A stretch of DNA of 64,000 nt from Candidatus Bathyarchaeia archaeon (GTDB lineage Bacteria; Patescibacteriota; Microgenomatia; PFEM01; JAFGMK01), in NCBI GenBank assembly GCA_035529595.1, contig DATKWK010000023.1:78517-142516 (forward strand), given 5' to 3'. The translations under genes and the position numbers were made by a program. The notes beneath the pieces were generated by a model. The model worked only from the letters and a program-made list of their open reading frames with translations. It searched no databases and was not told the origin of the DNA. Each line of letters begins with the position of its first letter. Positions within the stretch are counted from its first letter, which is position 1. This document shows, in pieces, positions 48,238 through 57,299 of this stretch.

Positions 48238-48339
48238 TTCTGAGTTTAATGAAGCATAAATCTTTTTGCTACCATGACCTAGCGTCTGCTAGCAAAACAA
48301 ACTGGTAGTTTATAACCTAAGCGATATTATTTAACTGAA

Positions 48340-49224
48340 GTGGCCAAACAAGAAGCCGAATCAAGATTTGATTTCGTACCTAGCCCAGAAATTCTTTATC
48401 TCGAGAGCCCGGAGCAACTTCAGGACAGAGAGATTTTTGTCTATCGGGTACATGATCCTGAACCGATGTTTGCGCGCCAGGTAGTGGAGAGGCTTTGGGG
48501 AATAGCAGGTGAAGTAAATCCAGGAACTGAAATGCCTATTAAATTTTACCGGAGAATGCCTCATGGAATTAAAAGCGATTCGGTTCATGACGAGTTCAAT
48601 ATATCTTTGGCAGTGCCGATTGAAAATCAATTAGCGGAAGCATTAGGAATTTGTCAGGGATTAGCTTTTATTGATCGGAAGAATTCCGATCTTCCGTGGA
48701 ATTTAGTGGTTGAAAGCCCGGTGATCGCCTCAAGCGAAGGAGACGCTAGTCATTTTTTATTGATTGATCTTGATGGTAAGGTTAATAGCCTAGATCAGTT
48801 CGTAATCGAAAATAGTTTTAAAGCAGCCGGTTTTTCCGGGTTTTTATTGGTTAGCGGCGCCTCTTATCATTACTGGTCTGATTTTACTGTTTCGGCGGAT
48901 AGTCTGCCGGCTTTTTTGGGGACTGCGGCTGCGGCTTTAACACCGCAAGTTTCCGATAATGATCGTTTATTGTCGATTGCTTTTCGAATGTCAGTTTGCC
49001 AAAATTTGGCAGAAGGTCAGGAATTAGCTTCTCAAATTCTTAACCGGAACAGCGCTCTTTTTATTCCTTCTTCAGGCAGTGGTTTTAAAAGCGGGAGTTT
49101 TTTTGATTTTCGCTGGGCTTGTCACCGTTTATTAGCCGGGAAATTAGCTTTGAGGGTAAGTTCGGACCGATATCCGCAAGAACCGATATTGATTTCCGAA
49201 TTAACGGCCAGAAGCTTTTCATGA
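48340..49224 (+). CDS. Hypothetical protein (294 aa)
   Basis: No recognisable motif. Follows the acidic paralog in the same way the 469-aa protein does. Confidence 0.4.
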   Translation: MAKQEAESRFDFVPSPEILYLESPEQLQDREIFVYRVHDPEPMFARQVVERLWGIAGEVNPGTEMPIKFYRRMPHGIKSDSVHDEFNISLAVPIENQLAEALGICQGLAFIDRKNSDLPWNLVVESPVIASSEGDASHFLLIDLDGKVNSLDQFVIENSFKAAGFSGFLLVSGASYHYWSDFTVSADSLPAFLGTAAAALTPQVSDNDRLLSIAFRMSVCQNLAEGQELASQILNRNSALFIPSSGSGFKSGSFFDFRWACHRLLAGKLALRVSSDRYPQEPILISELTARSFS

Positions 49225-49241
49225 ATGACGAAAAGTAAGAG

Positions 49242-49342
49242 TTCAGATTTACTGGCACACTTGGTCATGCTGAACTTGATTCAGGATCTACATAGATTCC
49301 GTGTCAAGCACGGAATAACGGGATTGTGTCAAAGAATCTGAG
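49242..49342 (+). mobile_element. MITE-like structured repeat, copy B
   Basis: TTCAGATTTACTGGCACAC...GATTCCGTGTCAAGCACGGAATAACGGGATTGTGTCAAAGAATCTGAG; about 90 % identical to copy A. Confidence 0.75.
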
Positions 49343-49425
49343 CGGTTACGACGAAAACAGATTATGGTTAATATTCTCTTTATTTGATAAGATAAATAAT
49401 TAGAGTTTACTTGGAGGGCAGGCAG

Positions 49426-50043
49426 ATGAAACCAAATCCTTATCCCGGGTTTTTTGTTGTTATCGAGGGCCTTGACGGTTGCGGAGCTTCAAGCCAAATT
49501 GAGCCGGTCGCCGAAGCTTTGCGGATCGGGAATAAGGAGGTAACCACTACCAGTGAACCGACTGATAATATTTTAGGAGGTCTGCTTCGCGGTGCTTTGA
49601 CTGGTGTCTACCGCTTGCCGCCTGCTTCTCTTCAGCTTCTTTTTGTGGCCGATCGTCTTCATCATTTAGACCGTTTAATCGAGCCGGTTCTAAAAAAAGG
49701 CGAACTGGTTTTATGCGATCGTTATTTTTGGTCAACTATTGCTTATGGTTCGATTGATTTGGATTTCAACTGGTTGTTGGAAATTAACCAATACTGTTTA
49801 CTGCCTGATCTTTCGATATTTCTTAAAGTTGACCCCTTAACCTGTTTTCAACAAATCAAAAAAAGCCGGTTTGGATTAGAGCTTTTTGAAAACCGCCAGA
49901 AACTGGACCAAGTCTGGCGGATCTATGAAAAACTGGCTCGAAAATATCCCAGAGAGATTGTTTTTGTTGATGGTGAACGAGTTTCTTCTGAGGTTAAAAG
50001 TAACATTCTAAAAGCGATAAAACACCATCCGAAATTCTCCTGA
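49426..50043 (+). CDS. Thymidylate kinase-like protein with degenerate Walker A (GLDGCGASSQ; P-loop Lys and Thr absent)
   Basis: FFVVIEGLDGCGASSQ (cf. Tmk IEGLEGAGKTTQ); LLFVADRLHH (DR motif); CDRYFWSTIAYG (cf. DRYxxSSxAYQ). ATG 49426 preferred (RBS GGAGGG 7 nt upstream) over the TTG at 49411. Confidence 0.55.
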   Translation: MKPNPYPGFFVVIEGLDGCGASSQIEPVAEALRIGNKEVTTTSEPTDNILGGLLRGALTGVYRLPPASLQLLFVADRLHHLDRLIEPVLKKGELVLCDRYFWSTIAYGSIDLDFNWLLEINQYCLLPDLSIFLKVDPLTCFQQIKKSRFGLELFENRQKLDQVWRIYEKLARKYPREIVFVDGERVSSEVKSNILKAIKHHPKFS

Positions 50044-50113
50044 CTTTTGGCATCATGATACAAATCATGATATCAGGTTTTCAAGAAGAGAAATTTTTGT
50101 TACACTGCAAGGG

Positions 50114-50671
50114 ATGAAAATCAGAAAACAGACACTCGAGAAAATATGCAACTGTATTTCCAGCCGCTTGGTAATTCCGGGCGGAGGAGCGGCATCAGCT
50201 ATATGCGGAGCGTTAGCTGCCGGCCTGGTTGCCAAAGTGGCTGCTTTTTCGATTGACCGCCGGAATGAACAGCCAAATGAAATTCGTCTTAAAGAAATCC
50301 GCCAGAAAGCTAAGGAACTGGTGGTCGTTTTCCAGGAACTGGCTGAAGAAGATTGTCTTGCTTACGAGTCATTTTCAAAAGATAAAAAAGCTAAAAAAAG
50401 GATCAAAAAGGTTGTCGAAATACCGCTTGAAATTGCCCGAAATGCAGTCGAAATACTAGAATTGGCGAGTTTTTTAGTTGATCAAGGAAACCAGAGGTTG
50501 ATTTCTGACAGTCGCTGTGCTTTTGAGTTGGGGACGGCTGCTTTCTACGGAGCACTTGAAATAATCAAGATTAACTTGCCGCTTCTTGATAAGGGCTGCA
50601 AATTCGAAAGCGAAACGAGAGAAGAAATTGACCGGCTTCTTGACCGGGTGAAGAATTTGTTCAAAGCCTGA
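50114..50671 (+). CDS. Cyclodeaminase/cyclohydrolase family protein (FTCD C-terminal-domain-like; methenyl-THF cyclohydrolase-like)
   Basis: LVIPGGGAASAICGALAAGLVAKV (cf. PGGGSAAALSGALAAAL of formiminotransferase-cyclodeaminase C domain). Confidence 0.55.
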   Translation: MKIRKQTLEKICNCISSRLVIPGGGAASAICGALAAGLVAKVAAFSIDRRNEQPNEIRLKEIRQKAKELVVVFQELAEEDCLAYESFSKDKKAKKRIKKVVEIPLEIARNAVEILELASFLVDQGNQRLISDSRCAFELGTAAFYGALEIIKINLPLLDKGCKFESETREEIDRLLDRVKNLFKA

Positions 50672-50825
50672 GTTTCTTTTTTTCATCATTGCCAGATTCT
50701 GACCGGGATGTTAAAATAATCCCATATTTAATTAATCACGCACACCGGCTGGACTCCTTGCTGACTTCTTGGCCGGTGGAGGAGAAAAGGAGGCGACGTT
50801 ACTTGGGATACGTCGTAATTCATCT

Positions 50826-51689
50826 ATGATCGATAAACAAATATCTTTACAGGAATTACTTGAGGTCGGGGCTCATTTCGGTCATCAGCCGCGGCGTTGG
50901 AATCCAAGAATGAAGCCTTATTTATACGGTAACCGGGACGGAGTTCATATTTTTGATCTGGTGAAAACCAAAAAATTGCTTGAAGACGCCTGTGAATTCA
51001 TTAAAGAGCAGATTGTAGAAGGAAAAGTGATTGTTTTTGTCGGCACCAAAAGGCAAGCGGCCGATATTATCCGGGAAGAGGCTAAAAGAGCTGAGGTCCC
51101 CTATGTTAGCCAACGCTGGCTGGGTGGAACGATTACCAATTGGGAACAGATCAGAAAAAGCGTCAAGAAACTGGCGGACATGAAAGCTAAGAAGGAAACC
51201 GGAGGTTACGATAAATACACCAAAAAAGAAAATATTTTAATTGATCGGGAGATTGCCCGGCTGGATAAGTTTTTTGGCGGTCTGTCTGAATTGCATAAAA
51301 TTCCCGATGTTCTTTTTGTCGTTGATGTAAAAAGGGAAGAAGCAGCAATCAAGGAAGCTCTTAAAGTGAGCATTCCGATCGTAGCGATGGTTGACAGCAA
51401 CAGCGATCCGACCATGATTGACTGGGTGATTCCGATTAACGATGATGCCGTGCGTTCAGTGAAGCTGGTAGTTTCCCGGGTTGCCGATGCGGTAATCGAA
51501 GGCCGCCAAATTGGAAAGAAGCGAACAGAAAAAAGCGACAAAAGAAAATCTGCGCCCAAAAAAGAGCCTAAGGAAACGCCTGCTAAAGAGAGTAAAAAAA
51601 GTAAGGTTCAAGAAAGAAAAGCTAAAGAAACTAAAATCAAAAAAAACAGTAAAAAAACACCGACTACAAAGAAAATAAGCACCAAGTAG
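50826..51689 (+). CDS. rpsB: 30S ribosomal protein S2 with Lys-rich C-terminal extension
   Basis: ISLQELLEVGAHFGHQPRRWNPRMKPYLYG...; start set at MIDKQ (the track ORF begins 57 nt earlier). Confidence 0.85.
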   Translation: MIDKQISLQELLEVGAHFGHQPRRWNPRMKPYLYGNRDGVHIFDLVKTKKLLEDACEFIKEQIVEGKVIVFVGTKRQAADIIREEAKRAEVPYVSQRWLGGTITNWEQIRKSVKKLADMKAKKETGGYDKYTKKENILIDREIARLDKFFGGLSELHKIPDVLFVVDVKREEAAIKEALKVSIPIVAMVDSNSDPTMIDWVIPINDDAVRSVKLVVSRVADAVIEGRQIGKKRTEKSDKRKSAPKKEPKETPAKESKKSKVQERKAKETKIKKNSKKTPTTKKISTK

Positions 51690-51701
51690 CGGAGGAAGTG
51701 T

Positions 51702-52169
51702 ATGGCGGGAATCATAATCGATCAAATTAAAAACTTAAGAAAAAAAACCGGAGCTGGTGTTATGGATTGCCGTCGGGCTCTGGAGAATAGTGGCGGGGAC
51801 GAAAAAAAGGCGCTTGAATGGCTGAAGAAGAAAGGTATCGCTAAAGCCGCCGAAAAAGGGCAGCGGGAGGTAAAAAGCGGTCTGGTAGTTGCTTATACTC
51901 ATGGCGATGGTGATATCGTAGCGGTAGCGGAAATTGCCTGCGAAACCGATTTTGTGGCCAAGAATAAAGAATTTAAAAAACTGGCCAATGAAATTTGTCT
52001 GCAGGTGGCGGCGATGAAACCCAAAGATATTGACGAACTGATGAAACAACCTTATATTAGAGATGAAGCGAAATCAGTCAAAGAACTGGTTACCGAGGCA
52101 ATTGCCACGATCGGAGAAAACATTAAAGTGCGGCGGATTGCCCGGTTTGAACTGGGAGAAAAATTTTAG
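51702..52169 (+). CDS. tsf: Elongation factor Ts (short form, 155 aa)
   Basis: IKNLRKKTGAGVMDCRRALENSGGDEKKALEWLKKKGIAKAAEK (UBA-like N domain) ... Confidence 0.85.
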   Translation: MAGIIIDQIKNLRKKTGAGVMDCRRALENSGGDEKKALEWLKKKGIAKAAEKGQREVKSGLVVAYTHGDGDIVAVAEIACETDFVAKNKEFKKLANEICLQVAAMKPKDIDELMKQPYIRDEAKSVKELVTEAIATIGENIKVRRIARFELGEKF

Positions 52170-52277
52170 AAATTACTAATGAAATTTCAATCTTCAGAAA
52201 CATTGGCACTTCCAGGCGGAAAAGCGGAACTTTTATCCTTACCGGTTAAATAATTAAACTCAAAAAGGGAGGTTTAC

Positions 52278-52832
52278 ATGGATTTTGATTCTATCAGGCA
52301 GCGAATGCAGAAAACGCTTCAATTCTTAAAAGATGAGCTGGCTCAGATTAAAACCGGCCGGGCAACGCCGTCACTGGTGGAAAAAATTGTCGTTGACGCT
52401 TATGAGACCAGAATGCCGCTGGTAGAGCTGGCAACTATTGGCGCACCGGAACCAAATGAGCTGGTGATTACACCTTTTGATCAATCGATTATTAAAAACA
52501 TCGAAAGAGCTGTTTCCGAACGTCATGAATTAAGACTGTCTCCGGTCGTTGATGAGCAAGTGATCCGGATTAAAATTCCTCCGCTAACAGAGGAGAGAAG
52601 GAAAGAGCTGGCTCGAGTTTTAAGTCAAAAGCTGGAAGCAGGCCGGGTGGCAATCCGCCAAATCCGGCATGAAGAACGCTCCAATTTAAAGAAGCTGTCT
52701 GAAGACGGAGGAATCAATGAAGATGAAAAAAGAAAATACGAAGATGATTTGCAGAAATTGACAGAGGAGATGAACGGAGAAATCGAGACGGCAGGTGAAG
52801 TTAAGGAGAAAGAGATTAAAGGGGATTGGTAA
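52278..52832 (+). CDS. frr: Ribosome recycling factor
   Basis: ...ATPSLVEKIVVDAYETRMPLVELATIGAPEPNELVITPFDQS... Confidence 0.85.
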   Translation: MDFDSIRQRMQKTLQFLKDELAQIKTGRATPSLVEKIVVDAYETRMPLVELATIGAPEPNELVITPFDQSIIKNIERAVSERHELRLSPVVDEQVIRIKIPPLTEERRKELARVLSQKLEAGRVAIRQIRHEERSNLKKLSEDGGINEDEKRKYEDDLQKLTEEMNGEIETAGEVKEKEIKGDW

Positions 52833-53939
52833 ATGTTTTTGACAATATTCGTTACTCTGATTACTCTTTCGGTTTTGATTTTGGTTCACGAATTGGGCCA
52901 TTTCCTGGCGGCTAAAAAAGGGGGGATTAAAGTCGAGGAATTTGGCGTGGGCTATCCGCCCAGAATTTGGGGGAAAAAGGTCGGTAAAACGGTCTATTCG
53001 ATTAACTGGGTTCCCTTTGGCGGGTTCGTCCGTCTTTATGGCGAGGAGGAAATCAATGAAGGCAAGAAAGAAGGTGCTTTTTGGGCCCAAAGTAAGAAAG
53101 TGCGTTTGCTGGTAATTCTTGCCGGTGTCTTCGCCAACCTGCTTTTATCTTTTTCGCTTTTTTCGCTGATATATTACCTCTCAGGAATTCCGACTGAGAC
53201 TGACAAGGTGATAGTTGAAGCGGTGGCTAAAGACTCGCCGGCGGCCGCAGCGGGAATCAAGCCTGAAGATGTGATTATTGCTTCTGAAAGGCAAACGATT
53301 ACTTCGATTGATGATTTTATCAGTAAAATCGAAACCAAAAAGGGAGAAGAAATCAGTTTAGAGTTATCCAGGAATGGCGAAAATCTCAAGTTAACGGTTG
53401 TCCCCCGGAAAGATGAGGTTGAAGGACAGGGTCCCTTGGGAGTAATTGTCTCCAATTACCAAATGATTAAATATCCATTTTGGCAGATGCCGGTGCGAAG
53501 TATGATTGAGGGTGGTAAGGAAACCTATTCCTGGACGATAATGATTGTCGGCGAGTTAGTAAAGATGATTAAAAATCTGCTTCTTGCCGGTCAAGTGCCT
53601 CGGGATATCGCCGGCCCGATCGGAATTTTCCAGGTCACTTCGCAAGTTGCCAAATCGGGTATTGTGCCGATCCTGCAGTTTATTGGGATCCTCTCTATTA
53701 ACTTGGCGGTAATAAATATTTTTCCCTTTCCGGCGCTTGACGGCGGCCAGTTTTTTTTCCTGGTAATTGAAGCTCTAATTGGTCGGCGATCACCCCGAAA
53801 GCTAGAAAAATGGGCTCAGGCAGTCGGCATGGCTTTTCTATTGTTTTTAATGCTGCTCGTGACCGTCAACGACATCCGGCGGATTTTACTGACAACCCAG
53901 TTTGGAAGCCGCCTTAGGAATTTCTTACAGTTTTTATAA
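52833..53939 (+). CDS. rseP: RseP-type site-2 protease (M50 zinc metalloprotease with PDZ domain)
   Basis: HELGHFLAAKKGG (HExxH), PDZ-like middle region, C-terminal NLLPFPALDGG (LDG). Confidence 0.8.
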   Translation: MFLTIFVTLITLSVLILVHELGHFLAAKKGGIKVEEFGVGYPPRIWGKKVGKTVYSINWVPFGGFVRLYGEEEINEGKKEGAFWAQSKKVRLLVILAGVFANLLLSFSLFSLIYYLSGIPTETDKVIVEAVAKDSPAAAAGIKPEDVIIASERQTITSIDDFISKIETKKGEEISLELSRNGENLKLTVVPRKDEVEGQGPLGVIVSNYQMIKYPFWQMPVRSMIEGGKETYSWTIMIVGELVKMIKNLLLAGQVPRDIAGPIGIFQVTSQVAKSGIVPILQFIGILSINLAVINIFPFPALDGGQFFFLVIEALIGRRSPRKLEKWAQAVGMAFLLFLMLLVTVNDIRRILLTTQFGSRLRNFLQFL

Positions 53940-54021
53940 ATCTCCGGTCGTGGATAATCAGCGTGATCCCAATCTTGCCTGGCGTTTTGTCTTCCACAAA
54001 AGTTATGATATCATACGGGAG

Positions 54022-55263
54022 ATGAGATATTCAAAACTGTTCGGAAAAACCAAAAAAAGCGCTAAAAAGTTCGATACAGCCAATGCCACCCTGCTGGTTA
54101 AAGCCGGTTTTGTCGACCAGTTGATGGCCGGAGTATACAGTTACCTGCCTTTAGGATTACGGGTTTTGGAAAAAATTAAGCAGATTATCCGCGAAGAAAT
54201 GAATGCCATCGGCGGACAGGAAATTTTCCTGCCGGCGCTTCATCCGGCAGAAAATTGGAAAAAAACCGGCGGCTGGGATAACATCGATGTTTTATTTAAG
54301 TTAAAAAGCCGGACCGGTCGCGATTATGCCTTAGGCCAAAGCCATGAGGAAGTGGTCACACCTTTAGTTAAAGAATACGTGACTTCCTGGAAAGAGTTGC
54401 CGATCTTGGTTTATCAGATTCAAAATAAATTCCGTGACGAGCTCCGGGCGAAATCGGGTATTTTACGGGGGCGGGAGTTTGGTATGAAAGATCTTTATAG
54501 TTTTCATCTGAACCAGGCGGATTTTAATCACTATTATGCAGTAATCAAAAAGGCTTATTTGAAAATATTTTCCCGTTGCGGCTTGACCGCCAAAGTAACT
54601 GAGGCTTCAGGCGGGTCTTTCACTAAAAAAATATCTTATGAATTTATGGTTTTGACCGATGCCGGAGAAGACGATATTTTCTATTGTCCGGACTGTGATT
54701 ACTGCGTCAATGCCGAAATTGCCAAAGTAAAAGAGGTCGCTGCTTGTCCTTTATGCGCTAAAGCCAATCTAAAAAAGGCTCGTGCATCAGAAGTGGGCAA
54801 TGTCTTTGACTTGGGACGTAAATATACCAAGGATTTTGATTTTTATGTTCTGGATAAAAGTAGCCGCAAAGTCTATCCGATTATGGGCTGTTACGGTATC
54901 GGTGTAACCCGGCTGATGGGGGTAATCGTTGAGAGATATCATGATCAGGACGGTATCGTTTGGCCGGATTCGGTGGCGCCTTTCTTGGCTTATATTTTGC
55001 CGATTGGCAAGGAAGAAAAGACGGTCAGCTTTGCTGAAATGGTTTATCAAGCACTACTTGATAAGGGGATTGAAGTTTTATTGGATGATCGGTCGGATGT
55101 TTCTGCCGGAGAAAAATTTGCCGACAGCGATTTAATCGGCCTTCCTTACCGGTTGGTAATTTCTGACAAAACTACCGCCAAAGAAATGATTGAAGTAAAA
55201 AGAAGAGATAAAGATCAAAGTAAACTGGTCAGTTTAACTCAGCTTTTAGCCAAGCTTTCCTAA
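54022..55263 (+). CDS. proS: Prolyl-tRNA synthetase (compact form)
   Basis: Class II aaRS motifs; ...FLPALHPAENWKKTGGWD..., ...ILRGREFGMKDLYSFH..., ...GCYGIGVTRLMG...; start at MRYSKLFG. Confidence 0.8.
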   Translation: MRYSKLFGKTKKSAKKFDTANATLLVKAGFVDQLMAGVYSYLPLGLRVLEKIKQIIREEMNAIGGQEIFLPALHPAENWKKTGGWDNIDVLFKLKSRTGRDYALGQSHEEVVTPLVKEYVTSWKELPILVYQIQNKFRDELRAKSGILRGREFGMKDLYSFHLNQADFNHYYAVIKKAYLKIFSRCGLTAKVTEASGGSFTKKISYEFMVLTDAGEDDIFYCPDCDYCVNAEIAKVKEVAACPLCAKANLKKARASEVGNVFDLGRKYTKDFDFYVLDKSSRKVYPIMGCYGIGVTRLMGVIVERYHDQDGIVWPDSVAPFLAYILPIGKEEKTVSFAEMVYQALLDKGIEVLLDDRSDVSAGEKFADSDLIGLPYRLVISDKTTAKEMIEVKRRDKDQSKLVSLTQLLAKLS

Positions 55264-55324
55264 CAAAGGTAGATATTTAAAAAGAGATATAAAAATTACT
55301 CAATGTGTCAGGACTGGGTCGCAA

Positions 55325-56164
55325 ATGAACAAAATTATCACTCATGTAAATCCCGATCTGGACGCGATTTTCTCCGTTTGGCTGGTAAAGCGTTTTTTGC
55401 CCGGCTGGGAGAAAGCCAAAGTCTGTTTCGTGCGAGCCGGCCAAACTCTGGATAACCTGGCGGCAGATAGCGTTCCCGGTGTCTTACACGTGGACGTGGG
55501 GATGGGAGAACTTGACCATCATCAGTTTATCGGTTTAACTTCGGCAACTCAATTGACCTGGGATTATATTCTAATCAAAAGAAAAGGTCAGCCGTTGAGT
55601 CCTTTGGAAACCGAGGCACTCAACCGTTTGGTTCCGGTGGTGACGGAGGTTGATAACGGTCGAACGGTCGCCTGGCCGGAAATTACCCTCGATCGCTCCC
55701 AACTCTATTTGGATAATTTGATTTACGGTCTTAAAAAAGTTATTACCGATGACGAAGTCGTCGTTAAAGAAGGCCTGATGATCCTTGATAGTTTGCTTAA
55801 AGCCTTCAAGGATAAAATCCGGGCCGAAGAGATGATTGAGAACGAATCAATCATTTTTCAATCGCCTTGGGGAAAAGCCATTGCCTGCAAGACTGGTAAT
55901 GAAATGATCTTATGGGAAGCAGAGTATCGTGGTTATGCCCTGGTTTTAAAATACGATTCGACGTATAGGAACCGGGTTAAAATTTATGCCCGGTTCGACA
56001 GCAAGGTTGATTTGACTAAAGTTTACCGCCAGCTTAGTAAAATTGATTCCCAGGCTGATTGGTTCTTGCATGCTTCCAAAAAATTGCTCTTAATCAGTAG
56101 CCGGCCGGAGGCTCGGGGGACCAGTCTTTCTTTTGAAGAGATAGTAGCGCTTTTAAAAAAATAA
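55325..56164 (+). CDS. DHH-family phosphoesterase (NrnA-like), short form
   Basis: ITHVNPDLDAIFSVWL (motif I) and GMGELDHHQ (DHH motif). Confidence 0.55.
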   Translation: MNKIITHVNPDLDAIFSVWLVKRFLPGWEKAKVCFVRAGQTLDNLAADSVPGVLHVDVGMGELDHHQFIGLTSATQLTWDYILIKRKGQPLSPLETEALNRLVPVVTEVDNGRTVAWPEITLDRSQLYLDNLIYGLKKVITDDEVVVKEGLMILDSLLKAFKDKIRAEEMIENESIIFQSPWGKAIACKTGNEMILWEAEYRGYALVLKYDSTYRNRVKIYARFDSKVDLTKVYRQLSKIDSQADWFLHASKKLLLISSRPEARGTSLSFEEIVALLKK

Positions 56165-56214
56165 TGCGGCAATTGATCCTCTTGTGCTGGAATTGATAAA
56201 GCTGAAAGTACCGA

Positions 56215-56826
56215 TTAAAGCAGTTCTTTATTATCATCATCAGGCTGAACAGTGCCAAGATTATCAACTGTTATGCTATTATCTGGTCTAAGTTTAATTT
56301 GATAATATGTTTGATCATCAGCAAATATAAATACATACCAGCAAAATTGATCGTTTCCTGTTTTTACCCCCTGATACGTCAGTGTCCCTTGTTGGAAATC
56401 AGCTGCCGTAACAGTTAATCCGCCACTAGCAAAGGGAACAGTTTGATCAAAGTAGGTCTCTCCCTCTTCGGGTTCGCGACCAATGCCAACGTCGAGTCGA
56501 TCACCTTCGCGAAGATGGACGGCTGCTGTAATATCTATAGTTTCTGGATTATGATCATCGTCAATCACGATTCGAAAGCCATAGTAAGCAACCTGACTCC
56601 CTTCCGAATAAACCGGAGTGCCTTTGAAAGTAATTGTTCCTTGATCATAGTTAGCGCCAGCAATAAAATCATATTCCGGTGCTGGTTGAACTTCCGGTCT
56701 AACCGGAGCTGGCGGCTGTGGTTGCTGGGGAAGACATCCTGAGATAAGAGCGGCCGCTGCGGCTATTTTTAAAAAATGTCTTCTTGATAGTGACGGCGGT
56801 TCTCTGTTTTCCGGTGTTCTGCTCAT
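56215..56826 (-). CDS. Tat-signal lipoprotein, hypothetical (203 aa)
   Basis: SRRHFLKIAAAAALISGC: twin-Arg motif followed by lipobox LISGC. Confidence 0.5.
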   Translation of the reverse strand: MSRTPENREPPSLSRRHFLKIAAAAALISGCLPQQPQPPAPVRPEVQPAPEYDFIAGANYDQGTITFKGTPVYSEGSQVAYYGFRIVIDDDHNPETIDITAAVHLREGDRLDVGIGREPEEGETYFDQTVPFASGGLTVTAADFQQGTLTYQGVKTGNDQFCWYVFIFADDQTYYQIKLRPDNSITVDNLGTVQPDDDNKELL

Positions 56827-57299
56827 TTTCTTAAGTAACTTTGGCTCCTTTATTTATAGAGTTGATTATATCAGCTTATAGTTATATTTGCAAGGTAGTT
56901 TAGCAGCGTTTTAAGGTTCTTCGGTCCGGTATCGGAAATGATGCGATCAGTTTCCGTCTTTATGGAGTTCCAGCGATAGAATCTGGTTTTTGCTGCCATG
57001 CACTAGATCATGGTAGCAAAGAAAAACCACCCGATTTTTACCAGATGCCAGATAACAGGAAACATTTGAAATTTGAAAATAGTTTTTTTTTAAAAATTTA
57101 AGGATTAAAGAATCCGGGGACTGTCAGGTTGTTTTCTGGGTTTGAAAAGAGTGCGAGAGAAGACGGGGTTTATATATAGTCGATGAAAGTTTTTTTAATT
57201 GCAGCAAAAAGAATTGCAATTACTTTCGACGACCAAACCCCGTCTTCCGCGCGGATGAGACCGTACTCCCGGAGGCCCGGTTCCGGGAGTGCTAGGAGG

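Noticed and set aside
50769-50825. Upstream extension of rpsB (track start 50769, MAGGGEK...)
   Set aside because: The conserved S2 N-terminus begins at MIDKQISLQELLE. The GGAGGAGAAAAGGAGG in the extension looks like a Shine-Dalgarno region rather than coding sequence. The ATG at 50826 itself lacks a close RBS, so the start remains somewhat uncertain.
53902-54021. N-terminal 40 aa of the track's proS ORF
   Set aside because: It overlaps the rseP 3' end. ProRS homology begins at MRYSKLFG (54022).
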